From assembly GCF_009914755.1 (NCBI RefSeq), contig NC_060947.1: DNA of 64,000 bases; one strand, 5' to 3'. The notes under the pieces are model-generated. The model searched no databases. It was not told where the DNA came from and saw nothing but the letters and a program-made list of their open reading frames with translations. Every line of letters starts with the position of its first letter. The first letter of the stretch is position 1. This stretch comes from the human T2T-CHM13v2.0 reference genome, Homo sapiens. Below, in pieces: positions 37,321 to 54,479 of the stretch. Position numbers and translations under genes: made by a program.

Positions 37321-38717
37321 CAGAAGGAAATCAAACATAAGCAGTTAGAGATTGACTATTCAAATTAAGACATGAATTTGAGAAAATCATGTAGTTCTAT
37401 TAAAACCACAAATAAAAAAAAAGAGTGCGGCTGAGAGAGATTTGACAGGCAGAAGAGGAGGAGGCAACGTGACCAGTGAGGTAGAAATTGTAGTGATGCC
37501 GCCACAAGCCACTGGAATCTGGAAAAGGAAAAGAACAGACTCTCCTAGAACCTCCAGAGGAGGGCAACTCTGCAGACTCAATTTTGGATTTCTGGACTCT
37601 AAAACTGTGAGAGAAAAAAATTTCTGCTGGTTAGATTCACGCGGTTTGTGGTAATGTGTTACAGTAGCCACAGGAAACTAGTAACATCCTTCAAATGTCA
37701 CTTCTGTCTCATATATGCTCACTCCTCTATTATATGATATAGTTATTTGATGTATATGATTATTCACATGAAAACATTTTGTTGGTGTCTTTGGAATCAC
37801 ATAGACTTGGGTTTGAATCCTGGCTTAGGCACTCATTAGTCATAAAATTTGGGCAGGTATTTATATCTCACTGAGCCTCAGTTTCCTGTTGAATAAGGAT
37901 AGTAATATTTTGAAAGGTTGTGATAAGGTTAGAGATAATGTGTATGGTGTACATAGCACAGAGCTTGGCATAAATGGGCATTCAGAAATGTTATTATGCT
38001 CTCCATGGAGAATATGCTATCATGTGCTCCATGGGACCACATTCGTGACAGCTAACATTAAAATGTCCAAATATTTAATTGATCACCATACCTCCTTAAA
38101 TAAGTCCACCCCAGTTCTAGCACACAACTGTCCTTCCTGAAAACTGCTTTCATCTACACTTCCCTTTAGCAATATTTCTTAACAAAAGCAAGAACCAAGG
38201 GGTTCTAAATTCTAATCCTAACACTTAACACTAAGGGTGATCCTTGGGAGGGTGATCCTGCGTACTTCCAACAGTCTTTATCTACCTAAATTTCAGCCTC
38301 TACCTAAATTTCAGCCTCTACCAAAAGGCTTAATATGCCTCCTGAGATACGCAAAGATCTATAAACAAATAGGAAAGCACAAATATTTCCATCCCTGATG
38401 TGAACCGTGTCATCATTGAGCCATCAAAGCAGTGGCACTAGACCTCTATTCAAATAATTACTTTTTGCAAAACTGAATAATTTACCCCAGGGATTTAAAA
38501 TCTACTTCCGCATCGGCCAAACATTGTGCCAGCAAATCCAAAGCCAGATATTGTATATCTGCTTTCCAGAGACATCTCTACAAGAGAATCTCTCCTGTAG
38601 TGTATAGCCAGAGGTTCTTAGTGTCCCAAGAGATTGTACCAAAATGGATTTTGGAATATCGTTGGCCTCTTCAAGTGCCTCTGTAGGTATTTTTAAAGTA
38701 TTGAATATAAATTATAA

Positions 38718-39080
<363 letters not shown>

Positions 39081-40309
39081 TAGGCATTTTTCAAGTTTCA
39101 CTCAGTAATATCTCTACATAAGAGGACGTTGAGATATTATTTACTGAGATAACTACCATGAAGGGCAGGAGATTGTTCAGCATTATGTTAGCTTCAGGAA
39201 CACATGTCCATGAAACTGTATCTCTCAGGGACAGGGCTCTGCTATTGATGTTATTAGAGAAAGGGCAAAGCAAGGCTCATAAAATATACACTCTCTTTCC
39301 TCATCTCTCTAACTCCTAAAAGTATGTCCGCTGCCGTGCAAGTGATCAAAACATTTCCCTCAAGTCTTCTGAAATAATCCAATTTAAATGCTAAAATAAT
39401 ATAAGGAAAGGGAAAGATAGAGTCTCATGTATGTACATGTGTCTTCAGGGCAAGGAGGCTGAGACATGGGAAGGCTTCACTGAGAAAGTAAACATTTGAA
39501 CAAGACCAGCAGCATGCATAGAGTAGAATGTCATGCAAATGCTAGATTTCAATTTTCAATTGAAAATTTAGAAATTACCATCAACTATGTTTATATTTGC
39601 CATGTGCAGTTCTGAGAGCAGGAGTTTTGGAAATAACCAAAAAGTATTGAATATGAAATGCTTAAAAGACAAAAACACTCAAAATGTTCTCTCAAGTTCC
39701 TTTGTCTCATTCATATGTATGACGGTAGCCACCATCTCAGAGGCAGTTACAACAAGCTCGCCACAGAGTGGAATGTTGCATTCGGAACTCTTTTTATTGC
39801 ACCTTTAGAAATTTTAGACCGGAAAATATAGTCTGAGTGAATTTACAGGAACTACTTTAATTGTTCCATTGTTGGCTGATCAGTCAAGGGAAGGGTGAAA
39901 TGCAGACAAAAAAGAAAAGGGTATGGAAATAAAAAGGTACAAAAGAAGAAAAATAACTTCAAAATAGTCAAACTACTGTGCTCATATAGACATGTCCTTG
40001 TGTTGACATTTTTTTTAAAACCCATTATCTTTCTCCAAAAGTACCTTTTAACCTCAAACTGAAATCAGTGATATTTCCTAATTTCCTTGGGGAGGAAGCA
40101 CGGGTCCACTGTTTTCAATGATAATGATTTTTTTTTTCAAACGTACTAAAATCTCCAGCGCAGCCTAAGAATTTAATGTTATCATTGACAATAAAGTGAT
40201 ACGGAGAGCAGAAGCTGTGTACATTATTTAGTAAACTTAAGAAAAATTTCCATTCCCAGCTGTCCTTATTCACTACTTTTCTTTGATAAATTAAGAAAGG
40301 AAAAGATAG

Positions 40310-40718
<409 letters not shown>

Positions 40719-41549
40719 CTATCCATTAAGGTAATGATGCCTGAATTTTCTGATATCCTTCAGACTCTGAGTATCTCATGCAGCAACCTCTTCCACAATG
40801 TTTGTTTAAAATCATTCATTTATTCATCTATACAACAGATATTTACTAGTGCCTACTAGGTGCTCAGCATTATTCTAGGTATTAGGCATATAATGGAGAA
40901 TGAGGAAAGCAAGGACTCTGACCTTACGGAGCTTGAATTCTAATAGGACATCCCCCCCACCAAAAAAAAAAGCTAATTAAATAAATGATTACTTAATACA
41001 AGCTCCAACGAATAAGTATAGCCTGTTGAGAGTTTATAACAGGAATCCTTTGGGAGCAGAGGTAGGGGGTGAGGGGTGGGGCATTGGCTAGATAAGGCCA
41101 CCATGGGAAAATTATATTTAAGGTAACATTAGAAGAGAATGTTGGAGTTAGCTAGGTAAAAAGAGGTGGGGAAAATCTTCCCAGGCAGAGAAAGAGAATG
41201 TGGAAGTCCTTATGGAAGGAAAAATTCTGGCAGTTCTGAAATTAATGAAAGCCGGTTAAATTACTATATTGCTGCTCATTAAGTGTGTGGCTTGGGAAGC
41301 CACTTTACTCTTCTGACCTCTGGTTTTCTTGTCCATAAAATGGGCATAATAATAGGTTTATGAGATTGAAGAGAAGGTCAAATTATATAATATCAAATTA
41401 TTTATTGAATATTTTTGTTAACTTATTAACTATTATCAAATATTAAGCAAGGTTAACTATTACTAAACTTTTAGTAAAACATTTATGAAACTATTTATTA
41501 GTCTGAAATAGCACATATTATTTTTCACTAGAGAATTCTGACGTACTAA

Positions 41550-41876
<327 letters not shown>

Positions 41877-41949
41877 TAGAGATTTTAAATTGAAACTGGA
41901 TATGGCTTAATCTCACTGCCACTCAAATTGTTCCAGAGCCTAATAAAAG

Positions 41950-44900
41950 AAAAACTTTCATTCTGCTAATGAAGGAAGGATAATATTGATCACAAACCTA
42001 ATAAAATTATACAAACAAAAAACTACAGACCAATCTCATAAATATCGAAGAAAATTTTCAAATCATAATACGAAGCAGACTCCAATTGAACATTAAAAGT
42101 AAAAAGAAAGAAAGCCATTATTGCAAAATGAGATTTATTCTGGAATTAGAGGGATGATATTATATTAGGAAATCTATTATTTGCCACTTAAATAAATCTA
42201 AAAAAAAATCACAAGCTTTTTTACACAGATGCTGAAAACAGGTTGTACAAAATTTAATGCCATAATGTAACATTATATATCACACACAAAATACACAAAT
42301 ATAAATGTATGTGTTTATAGATAAGTTGTTTGGGATTCTTTATGAACATTGTCAATAAGGAGACAAACAATGGAAATATTCCATCTATGTCCATTATAAC
42401 TTCATAGTGAGAGAAAACAGTTGGAGGCATAAGAATTAGAAGTTTTTGCATATAATATATTTGGAAAACCAAAGACAACAAATATCAAAATTAAATTACA
42501 TAACATTTAAAAATTAAGTTTTTTGGCATGATTTAAAATTTTCACACAAAAATAATATTATACAGACATATACACACACAGATAAATCGGTCAAAAGCTA
42601 CTTAGGAATACAGTATCTAAAACCTATATAAGAAAACATTAAAACATTCCTGAGAGGCTCAAAAGTAAATTTGAACAATTAAAAGGGCATTTATTGTTCT
42701 TGGATAGCCTATGTTAACTTCATAATAATGTCAATACTCCCCAAATTAATATACAAATTTAGGGCTATTTCAACAAATATAAGTTATTTTTTCTAATGTT
42801 AAACATGTGAATTATAACATTCATATAGAAAACAAAACATGTAAGAACTCTGAGAAAGAATAACAATAAAAGGAAGACTAATGCTACCAGATATTAAAAC
42901 ATACTCTAAAGCTTCTATAGATTGTGAGGTCATGACATAAATAAGGTCTACAGAACATTTAACTGAATAGAAAGTACACAAATAAATACAAGGACTTATG
43001 GTAATTTAGTATATATGATAATCATATCACATGGAAGACGTGATGAGTGTTTAACAAATGGCTTGGGACACCTCAATAGCCCTTTGGAAAAAAATTAATT
43101 GAATACTTACTTCACACCATACCCCAGAATAAACTTCAAATAGAAGAGAGATATAAATGTTAAAAAACTGAGACCACAGAAGTACTGAAAGAAAACATTG
43201 GGGGCATTCCTTTATAACCTAGATGTGGAGAAAGTCTTCTAACTATAACTCAAAATCTAGAAGCAATAAAAGAGAGCACTGATAAATCTATCTGCATGAA
43301 AACAAAAAAAAACTTTTGCATTGCAAAATATACATGTCATAAAGAGGATGAAACACAAATGGCAAACTGGGAGAAAATCTATGTAAGTCGTATCATAGAC
43401 AAAAGACTAATTTTCCTGGTAAACAAAAGCTTTTAAATAATAATAAAAAATACAAAAAACAAGATAAATGATCAAAAGACATTAACAGATAATTCATGGA
43501 AAAAGAAACACAAATGGCCCTGAACATATGAAAAATACTTCACTCATAATAAGAGAAATGCAAAGTAATATTACACTGAGATATTTCAAAAAATCTATCA
43601 GATATTCAGAAAATCAAAATAGCCCTTATCTTGGAAATTGCATAAGAAAACAGGCAGCCTTATGCATTTTTAGTGGATGTATAAAATGGTAAAACCACTA
43701 TGGGAGGTATTTTAGCAATATCTGACAAATTACGTATGTGTTTAGTCTTTGATCAAGGAAACATTCTTCTAAAAACTTATTGTAAATGTATACTTCCACA
43801 AATATAAAACAAAGTATGTCCAAATTTATTCATGGTGAAACTTATTCGTAATAACAAAATAATTTCCCATACATAGGAAAATTTTTAATAACTATGACAA
43901 ATCCATGGAATTAACTATGCAGCTGCACAGAAATGTAGAAAACATCTATGAACTGACACAGTTACTTCTGAATTTACAGTTAAGTGACCAAAGCAGGTGC
44001 AAATTAATGTGTGTGGAAAAGTTCCCAACTCATTCTAGGAGGGCAGTATTGCCCTCATACCAAAACCAGACAAAGACATCATAAAAAATACATATAATTA
44101 CTCCTTATGAATAGAGACAAAAATCCTCAACAAAATACTAGCAAAAGAAATTTAGCAACATATAAAACGTATTATACAACATGAACAAGCATGATTTATT
44201 CTAGGAAGTCAAGATTCATTCAACATTTGAAAACCAGTCAATGTAATAACCCCATTTTAGTAGAATATAAAACAGAAACCATATTATTATCTCGATAGAC
44301 GCAGAAACAGCATTGGACAAAATCCAACAACCTTTCATGATAAAAAAAAATACCCCATAAACTAGGAGTAGAGGGAATTTCCTCAACCAATAAAGAGCAT
44401 CTATGAAAACTGCACAGCTAACCTCATACTCCTCATACTCAATGATGGAAGGACTGAATCCTTTCCCTCTAAGATCATGAACAAGACTGCTCATGCCACT
44501 TCTATTCAACATTGGACTTAAAGGTATAGCTAGAAAAATTAGGTAAGAGAAAGAAATAAAAGTAGTTCAGATCGAAAAGGAAGAAGTAAAACTATCTCTA
44601 CATGTATAGGACATAATCTTGTATATAGAAAATCCTAAGCAATCCACAAAACAAACTACTAGATCTAATAAGTTCAATAGGGCTGCAAGATTAAGATCAA
44701 TAAACAAAAATCAATTGTATTTCTATGCACAAACAATGGATAATCTGAAGACAAAACTTTAAAAATTCCACTTAGAATAATATAAAAAGAATAAAATACT
44801 TAGAAAACATTTAGCAAAAATAAATGGAAAACATAATAAAATCAACAAAACACCAATGAAATGAATTATACAATACTTAAATTAAATGGAAAGACATCCA

Positions 44901-46565
44901 TGTTCATCAACTATAAGATTTAATATTGTTAAGATTGCAACACTCCCCAAATTGATCTACAGGTTCTATGCAATCCCAATTAAATTCCAGATGTAGCTTT
45001 TGAAGAAACTGAGAATCTGATCATAAGACTCACATGAAAATGCAAGGGACCCCAAACAACCAAAACAATCTTGAAAAAAGAATAAAGTTGGAAGACTCAC
45101 AATCCCCAATTTCAAAAGCTACTACAAAGCTACTATGAACAAGATAGTTTGATACTGTCATAAAGATAGACATATAGATTAAAAGAATAAAATTGAGATT
45201 CCAAAAATAAACCTATACATTTGTGAATTGCATTTCAATAAGGGCCCCAAGAGACTTCGAGGAGAAAATAATAGTCTTCTCAACAAATGGTGTCAGGACA
45301 ACTAGATCTCCATATACAAAATAATGAAGTTGAACTACTACCTCATACTGTATATGAAAATTAGTTCAAAATGGACCAAAGACCTACATGTAAGAGCTAA
45401 AACTGTAAAACTCTATGAACCATGAAAACATAAATGTAAAACATGAAATCTGTGAAAACATAGGTGTTAATTGTTGTGACCCCGGATTAGGCAATGATTT
45501 CTTAAACATGACATGAAAAGCACAATCAATGAAAAAAACAGATAAATTGGACTACATCAAAATTAAACATTTTTGTGCATCAAAGGATACTATGAAGAAT
45601 GTGTAAAGCCAATCGATTAATGGGAGAAAATATTTGTAAATCATGTATCTGATAATTGTCTAGTATCTAAAATATATAAGGAACTCCTATAACTCAACAA
45701 TGAAAAGACAGTCCATTTTTTAAAAGTAGGTATTTCTCCAACAAAAGATATACAAATGTCCCATAAGCACATGAAAAAATGCTCACCATCATTAAACATT
45801 AGTGAAATGTGGGTAAAAATCATGATATAACACTTTGCACCAACTAGGATGACTATAATAAAAAACAGACAATAAAAGGAGTTGCTGAGAAAGTGGAAAC
45901 AGTGGAAAATCCATACACTACTGGTAAGAATGCAAATGGCACAGCTACTTTGGAAAACAATCTGGCAGTTCCTCAAAAAATTAAATAAAAAAATTACATA
46001 TGACTGAGCAATTCCATTCCTATAGATATACCCACTATAATTGAAAACAGGTGTTGAGACAAAAATTTATACAAGGATTGTCATGGAAGCAGTATTCATA
46101 ATAGCCAAAAATTGGAAACAAACCAAATGTCCATCAAATGATGAACAGGTAATGAAAAGTTTATCCATACAATGGAAAATAATTCAGCCATGAAAAGGAT
46201 TGAAGTTCTGATATATGCTGCAACATCAGTGAAGCTTGAAAATATGCTAAGGTGAAAGAAGTAACAAAAGAGCATGTATTGTATGATTCTATTTGTATAA
46301 AATGTCCAGAATAGGCAAACCCATAGAAACAGAAATTAGATTAGTAGTTTCCAAGGACTAGAGAGTTATAGGGGCAGGGAGGGAGATGAACAATGAGGGG
46401 AGTAACTAATGGGTACAGTTTCTTTTTTGTATGATGACAAGCTCTGGAATCGGATAGTGGTGATGGTAGCACAACTTTGTGAATATACTAAAAATACTGA
46501 ATTATACACATAAAAAGGTTAATTGTATGGTATGGGAATTATATCTAAATAATTTTTTTTAAAAA
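41950..46565 (+). mobile_element. Two old L1M ORF2/3' fragments in tandem (~41950-44010 and ~44020-46565, L1MB-like)
   Basis: A-rich degenerate ORF2 (aaaatcctcaacaaaatactagcaaa; aaagacatccatgttcat; ttggaaaacaatctggcagttcctc) and L1MB-type 3'UTR. Confidence 0.85.
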
Positions 46566-47717
46566 AGAGTAATCCAAGTATTTTTCCTCAAATCTCATAC
46601 TGGTTCTTGCCAGTACACCAGTGATGGTGAAAAATGAGGATGGAATCAGAGAATCACAGAGTTGGAAGGACAGCACCAGGTACTCATTCTAAAGGCCCTA
46701 ATGTTGTTAAAGGCAAGAAAGAACTGCAATGGTCTGCTAATGAAAATATTTCACATTACAAATGAGGAAATGAAGGCCCAAAGGAGATAAGTAACTTGCA
46801 AAAGGCATTTTCAAAGGCAACATGAAATTGTATACCGAGCACTGGACTTGTGGTAGGAACTCCTGGCCAAGTTTCTGTCATTTTCTATCACGAACAAGCC
46901 CCTGAGCATTGCTGAGTCTAAATATTGCAATGTGTAAAATACGAATACAATATCTCCTCACCAACTTGTTGTATCAAGTAAGAAAATGAATATGAAAATA
47001 AGTTATAAATGTCAAATGCTCTTCATATGGTAATTAATATTTAATATCTATTCTTGTGAATGTCCCTCTGTATATTTTAATGTGTTGACCACCTTTTCTC
47101 CTATGACATTCCAAGTCCCCCAATATTAGTGTCTTTCTATCAGGACACTCAAGTCTATCATAAAAGTCAATCTTATATTCTTATTTTGCTAAGAAATATC
47201 TACTAAGGAAAAGAAGAATAGGGCTAACACTTAACCACCAAACAAGATATTAGTTAGATTTTTTTCTTACATTATTCCTGAGATATAATTATTCCCATGA
47301 TATAGGTGCAGAAGTTTAGAATCAGATAAATCAACTCAGTTGTCTCTAGTTTCCAGAGTGAGCCTATGGCAACGCCAGGACAGGGATCAAAGTCCTTCTG
47401 ATCACCAAACCCATTCTAATTGAACTCAGACTTTGTGCAAAGAACAATCCATTCTCAGCTCACAATGAACCAGTCTTTCCATATATGCTTGTCTATCTCT
47501 TCTAAGGTCCATTTTCTAATGCTAATTTTAGCCCCCTCCACTTTTTATTCCAATGAATCACAAATTTATGTATCCCATATACATATTGATCAAGTCTCCT
47601 ACGCATGTGGCTCGCCTTCTCCACAGATGACTAAAATCCTTCCACTTGTCCTCTTGCTACACAGAGCAATAAAAAGTTATTCTGAAAATTAACGGTAAAA
47701 TTATTATCTTATTTTTG

Positions 47718-47720
<3 letters not shown>

Positions 47721-47754
<34 letters not shown>
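47721..47754. repeat. (CA)17 microsatellite
   Basis: Directly visible. Confidence 0.97.
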
Positions 47755-47755
<1 letters not shown>

Positions 47756-48326
47756 CAGTGAAAAAGTACTCTAAGCCATTAATATTTTGTTATTTAGCTT
47801 TCAGTTTCTCCTATCCCCAAAGCTGAGTCTTATTCAGTCCCAATCATAAGTTAGCTTGACACTTTCCTGGAACATAGACTATCTCAGGTTATTCAGACAT
47901 CAAAACTACTGAGCAGCAGGGGCTAGAACAGTAAGTACAGACTGTTGCCTCTGAAAATAATGTCAGAAATCTTCTAGGTACATCCAGGTATAATGAAAAC
48001 AGGAGAGTACTATTGAAATGACCATGATTTGTTAAAAAAGGAGGGAGAGTGTTCTCAGACCTAGCTCATCCCTGGCAAACTAGAAGTATGTCATGTAGAA
48101 GCCACCAGCATTGAGTTATTTCTGCCAGAAAAATTCTGTTGAGACAGGACTAAAAGAGGCTGCCTTATAATTATCCTTACTGCAGAAGAGTGGCATTACT
48201 AGGAAGTAGATAAGATCCCAAAAGGTTTCCAGGAACACTGCCATAGAGGGAGAAGGACAGAAAAAAACAGCAAATAGCACTTCCTGGAAAAATATTGCCA
48301 AGAAACACATGTGACCTATCATATGA

Positions 48327-48580
<254 letters not shown>

Positions 48581-48589
48581 TAATATGAA

Positions 48590-50320
48590 GGAATCACAGC
48601 TAAACAACAAGACAACAAATCAGAGTTATGAGATTCAGGAATATGTAGAAGTCAATAGAAGCTAAACATGACCCAGAAGCACTTGTCAAAGAAGTGGAAG
48701 AAAAACAAATAAAATTATCACAGAAATGAAAGCCAAATTGAAAGCAATGCAAAGATTGACAATTAATGCTGAAAACATTGTAAAGGACATAGAGAACAAG
48801 ATGGAGAGAAGTAAGCAGAATGAAATGGAAATGAAGAAAACATGTAAAAGTCTGGGAAATTTTAAAATATGGAGGACAGGTAAAGGAGAGTAAACATAAG
48901 TACATGTTAGCATATATTATATATACTCAAAAAATAAGGAAAGCTTTGCATAAATGAAATAAGCTTTGATTCTACATAACAGATAGTGACACTGGGTTTC
49001 AGAAAAAATGACAGAATAACATTGGGACAGAGTGAATAACATTGGGATATATTCTATTCAAATATAAAGAAAAATTCTCTGAGAACTAAGTAGAACTCTC
49101 AACAATATGATTGGAAAATATTAGAGTGGTCTCAGACTTCTACAAAATAGCATTCAATGCTAACAAATAGCGGAGAAATAAGAAAGGGGGACCCAAAAAC
49201 TCTACAGGTAATGAAACTGTCATTCACCCTCAGAAACTCAGGGTATATAATCCCCAGTTGTTTTTTTATTCCTAAGAAACAACTAAAAAGAACAGCAAAA
49301 AAATTACTAACATAAAGAGGTAAATTGAAAATATGGACAGAATAGTAATTATTTAACCCATTTATGTGCTATGTTAAAACAAATGGGAAGATTATGGTCA
49401 TAGGAAAAATATGTAAATGTTATGATAACATAATGATGTCACTTATAAAGTTGATAGAGAGTATTAGTGTATTGAATTCCTCATCTTTCATGGCTAAATC
49501 AAAATTTATAATTCATATCTGAAAAATAATAGTGTCTGGACTATTTAAAGGCATAAACACTAACAGAAATGATACAAGCAATTAAACTGGGGAGCGCAGA
49601 GATGGGAGGAGAGTGGAAAAAAAGGAAAATATACTAAATATTTTCTCAACAGCCTGAACTATCATAAAGTAAATAGGCAAACGACAAACTGGGCATAAAT
49701 ATTTGCGACATATATCACAGATCCCTAATAAACAAAGAGCTTCTAAAAAATTGAGAGAGTAACACTAACAACCCAAGAGAAAACTGGGCAAGGATATGAA
49801 AAGAATAAAGCAAATCTAGAATATAGGAAATTTTATAGACAAATAACCAGGTTTCCTCAAAGAATACACTGCAGAGAAAAAAAAAAGAGTGGGAGGAGCT
49901 GTTATTAATTAAAAGAAGGTTAAGAGATAGATAGACCAAATGTGCTGACATTTTAAGGAAAGTAATTCAAGCAAACAATTAAAAAGACATTTTTAAGACA
50001 CTGGGGATATCTGACTCTGAATTGAATATTAAATATTAAGGAGACTGTTAATTTTAGTAGGTCTGTTAATGATATGGTGGATTATGTTTTTTAAGGCCTT
50101 ATCTGTTAAGAGAAACATACTGAAGTATTGAAGGGTGAATTGAAGTGTTATCTGGGATTTGTTTCACAGTATGCCATAACAATTGCAAGAAATTTAAGGG
50201 ATAAATAAAGCAAAAATGTCGATAATTTTTTAATCCAGGAGATGAGTCTGTGGGGGTTCATCATAGTATTCTCTCTAACTTTGTATATGTTAAAATTTTT
50301 ATTGTGTACATTCAAATAAG
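48590..50320 (+). mobile_element. Ancient L1M/HAL1-like fragments
   Basis: A-rich ORF1-like remnant and L1ME-like 3'UTR (gagaaacatactgaagta...gggggttcatcatagtattctctc). Confidence 0.5.
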
Positions 50321-50791
50321 CAGTTTCTAAAAATCCTATATGGCAGTGTAATTATCTGTCTAGAGAACATATAAATCTGGAACATCACAATTACTTTAGT
50401 TACCATTGAAATACAAATCCCTTCACTTTCATTTTACTGATGTTATTTGTTTTAAATCTGAAGCTTTAAAGTGGGGCATATAAAAATAGCCCCGGCAACA
50501 GTTTTATATCTTTAACTGACTGATTCTGAACTGACTGGTCCATTCAATTACACCGACTGTATAGGAACTTTGGCTAAAACGTAAGAATTACATTATTGCA
50601 ATTTTGCTGATGAAATCCTTGGTCATTTAGAGAGGGGAGTGGAGGTGTGTAAATTTTGTGGCTAGAATAATAAGAAATATAATGTATTACTGACCATATG
50701 TCAGATACCAGCCTCTGAGGGGAAAAAGGGAGGTACAACAATGTTGCTATATCTACCTATTCTGAAACACCCTTTTCAGCACCTCTCCATT

Positions 50792-51190
50792 TTATATGGT
50801 TTGGTTCCATGTTCTGACCTAAATCTCATGTTGAATTGTAACTCCAATGCTGGAGGTGAGGCCTGGTGGGAGATGATTGGATCATGGGGGCAGTTTCTCA
50901 TGAATGGCTTCATATCATCCCCCTTGGTACTGCATAATGAGCGAATTCTCAGGAGAGTTGGTTATTTAGTAAGTGTGTAGCACCTACTCCCTCATTCTGT
51001 CTTCCTCCTGCTCCACCATGTAAGACATGCTGCTTCTCCTTAGCCTTCCTCCATGACTGGAAGTTTCCTGAGGCCTCCCCAGAAGTCATCATGCTTCCTG
51101 TACAGCCTGGGGAACCATGAGGCAATTAAACCTCTTTTCTCTGTAAATTACCCAGTCTCAAGTATTTCTTTGGAGATGGGATTAATATAC
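50792..51190 (+). mobile_element. MST-type MaLR solo LTR
   Basis: atatggtttgg...aaatctcatgttgaattgtaa...ggaggtgaggcctggtgggag...aattaaacctcttttc. Confidence 0.8.
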
Positions 51191-51321
51191 CACTCCTCCT
51201 CCCAACTCATCCATGGAACAGTTTTTGCTCTATGAACAAACTGGCTGTGGTGTTCATAATTTTTTCAAGCAAGCCATTCCTTCAATCTTTCTCAGGGTTA
51301 AAAAAAAAAAAAAAGACACTA

Positions 51322-51735
<414 letters not shown>

Positions 51736-52015
51736 TCATGAAGGGAGATGGAGGGTTACCAGCACTGTCAAAGGACACCATTGTACCTACCTTTAGAACT
51801 ACGTGGGCTAAGACTGCAGGGAATATACTTGAGCTATTCAGTAATGCAAACTGCTGCCAGACACTAAACCCTGACTTAGCAAAATCCATATTTCAAAGCA
51901 AATAATAAAGATTCTTCATACAATTATCCCACCCTTACCATCAAGGAAAACATTCTCAGAACCTTTAATTAATACAGCTTTATTAGCTTTGCTTTACTCA
52001 CTTTAAGAACCAAGA

Positions 52016-52381
<366 letters not shown>

Positions 52382-54479
52382 TTAAGCGCATTTTTATGCA
52401 AATATCCCACTAACTTCAACAAGACTTCTCCCTCTAATCTGCCTACTTCCAAATTACTGAGGTTTTAGCCATGCTTTAATAGCAGAAAATAATCAAATAT
52501 ACATGTGCATAAAGTACCTCTAGCTTTATATACCATTCTGCAGGATACAGCAACACGGACTTAATAGATGGCAGTGCTTATCTATTCAAATGAATAGAAG
52601 AGTCCAAAGATATATTGGTATATTTAATACGATTAAATGATTACGACATTTAATATGACTAATTTCATTTCATTGATAGTATAATTTCAGCGGCCATTTC
52701 AAGTCTATTACGCCCAAAATGAGAATTCAGGGTCTAAGTTCATATTTATTCAGCATTCCTACCTATTTTTAATAGTTTTGATCAAAGTGGCACTTTTATC
52801 CTTAGACATACTTCTACTTCTTCCTTCTTTTTTGCCATGCTTTATGCCATTATCATGAATTCCTCCCTGGGTGGTGGAGCCCTTGCCAGTATCTGCGCTT
52901 TTATTGCAGAATCTGCCCCCAAAGTAACCAGAATCCCTTTTCTGCATCTCACAGCATAACCTGTTTGTCCATGATGTAAGAAGGACATCACTTAACACAC
53001 ACACACACAGAGCACACACATACTGGGTCACAGCAAGCTCATGTGCACATGCACACATACTCAGGAAATGTACACTTCAGATCACAGAAGCTCCCTGGCC
53101 TAGTTCTCCCAGATGCCATTCAGATGCTGCCTTGGCATGGCATCCTTACTGAACCTCCCTTCCTCCACAGAACACCTACTCATATGTCCTCAACTTCCAC
53201 CCCAGAAAGGTCATTCCCAGATCTAATCACAGCCCAGATTCTCTTCCTGGCCCTTTCCTGTAACTAATCATCAAAGTTCTGACCCAGGGCACAGTAAAAG
53301 CAGCAGACTGGACTCGCTATGAAGGCAGAGATCACATTTTATTCAAAGATGTTTCTGTAACTCCACTCAGCATAACTGGGCCATAATCAGTTTGGAATAA
53401 ATGACTTTTGGTCTCACTGGATCCTTTACCTTTTAGATCTTGCTCACTTTTCCACATTTATCCCCAATTCAAGGCCTTTCTAGTTAGGAAGAAAGTGTAA
53501 TTATCTGGCCTCACACATATTATGTCTCAAATATAATCTCTCTCTTCCAAGGGGTTTTGTATATTTTCCAAGGAGACTGGGAGAAGTGATCAATGAATTC
53601 TAAATAACCAGCTGTCTCCTTGATTCAGATTTGGAGGCGGCAGCTCCCTGAAGAGCCCCAGATCTCATTTCCACCCAAGCCTCAGCCTCTTTTATTAAGT
53701 CATACGCAACCCTGTCCCCACCCTCCAGAAACAGCTATCCTAGGGGTGAGATATAACTCCTACCCTGAACTTTGCCTGTCCACCACGTAAAACAGCTTTG
53801 TTTCTTGCTTCATATAAGACTCCAAAAAGTAAATGGGGTCTTATCATGCTCTCATTTCCATTCTCCCTGAACCTGCTCTGCTCCTCTTCACGCTGACATT
53901 TTCCTACTAAAGCCAGGCTCAGAGTCAGAGACTTGCTTTCTGAGACTTCTGTTCCCTGGCCCAGGAGTAACAGCCCATGGTTTGCTGAGTGCTCACCATG
54001 TAGCAGGGAAAGTTCTAAATGCTTCATGGGTATGATCTCATTTAATCCGCACCTATGAGGTGATTAATATGAAGACCCATATCTCATTTAATCAACACTG
54101 AGGTTTACCAGTACAAATACAATATCTTGCCTCAAAAGGCCTTAAACAGTACGGAAATGTGTTATCTAAATTAATTAAAGGTTATAAAGTCAAGTTGGCT
54201 CCAGACATGGTACAATGAGGACATCTGGACAGATATAAAAGAGAACTCTGAACCCCTCATATCCTCCTAAACCTTTCTAAGAGGCAGTCCTCTCAAATCC
54301 CCAACCAAGCTGCTCTGCATTAAACATTTCAATGACTTAACCTGGAGCAATGGCCTCACACAGGTATGCAGCTTCTTCTCAGCAGCCACCCCCTTCACTG
54401 CTCTGAACCCTCCAGGCCCAGAGATCTCAGCATAGCCCCTAGATAGCAGTACAAGGTCTGATTTAAGAGATAACCAAGC

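Larger units (their letters stand above)
36296..37686 (+). mobile_element. MLT1B/C-like LTR split by an L1PA 3' end plus ~590 bp of extra DNA
   Basis: 5' half tgtagtgggctgaatgg...gtcctttatagg; 3' half gagagatttgac...gttacagtagccacaggaaactagtaaca. Confidence 0.75.

Noticed and set aside
38233-38322. Small tandem duplications (AGGGTGATCCT x2; TCTACCTAAATTTCAGCC x2), with similar ones at ~44422, ~49014 and ~54034
   Set aside because: Ordinary slippage micro-duplications with no further structure.
50472-50494. GGGGC-ATATAAAAATA-GCCCC mini inverted repeat with a TATA/MEF2-like core
   Set aside because: Stem only 5 bp, imperfect motif, no supporting promoter context.
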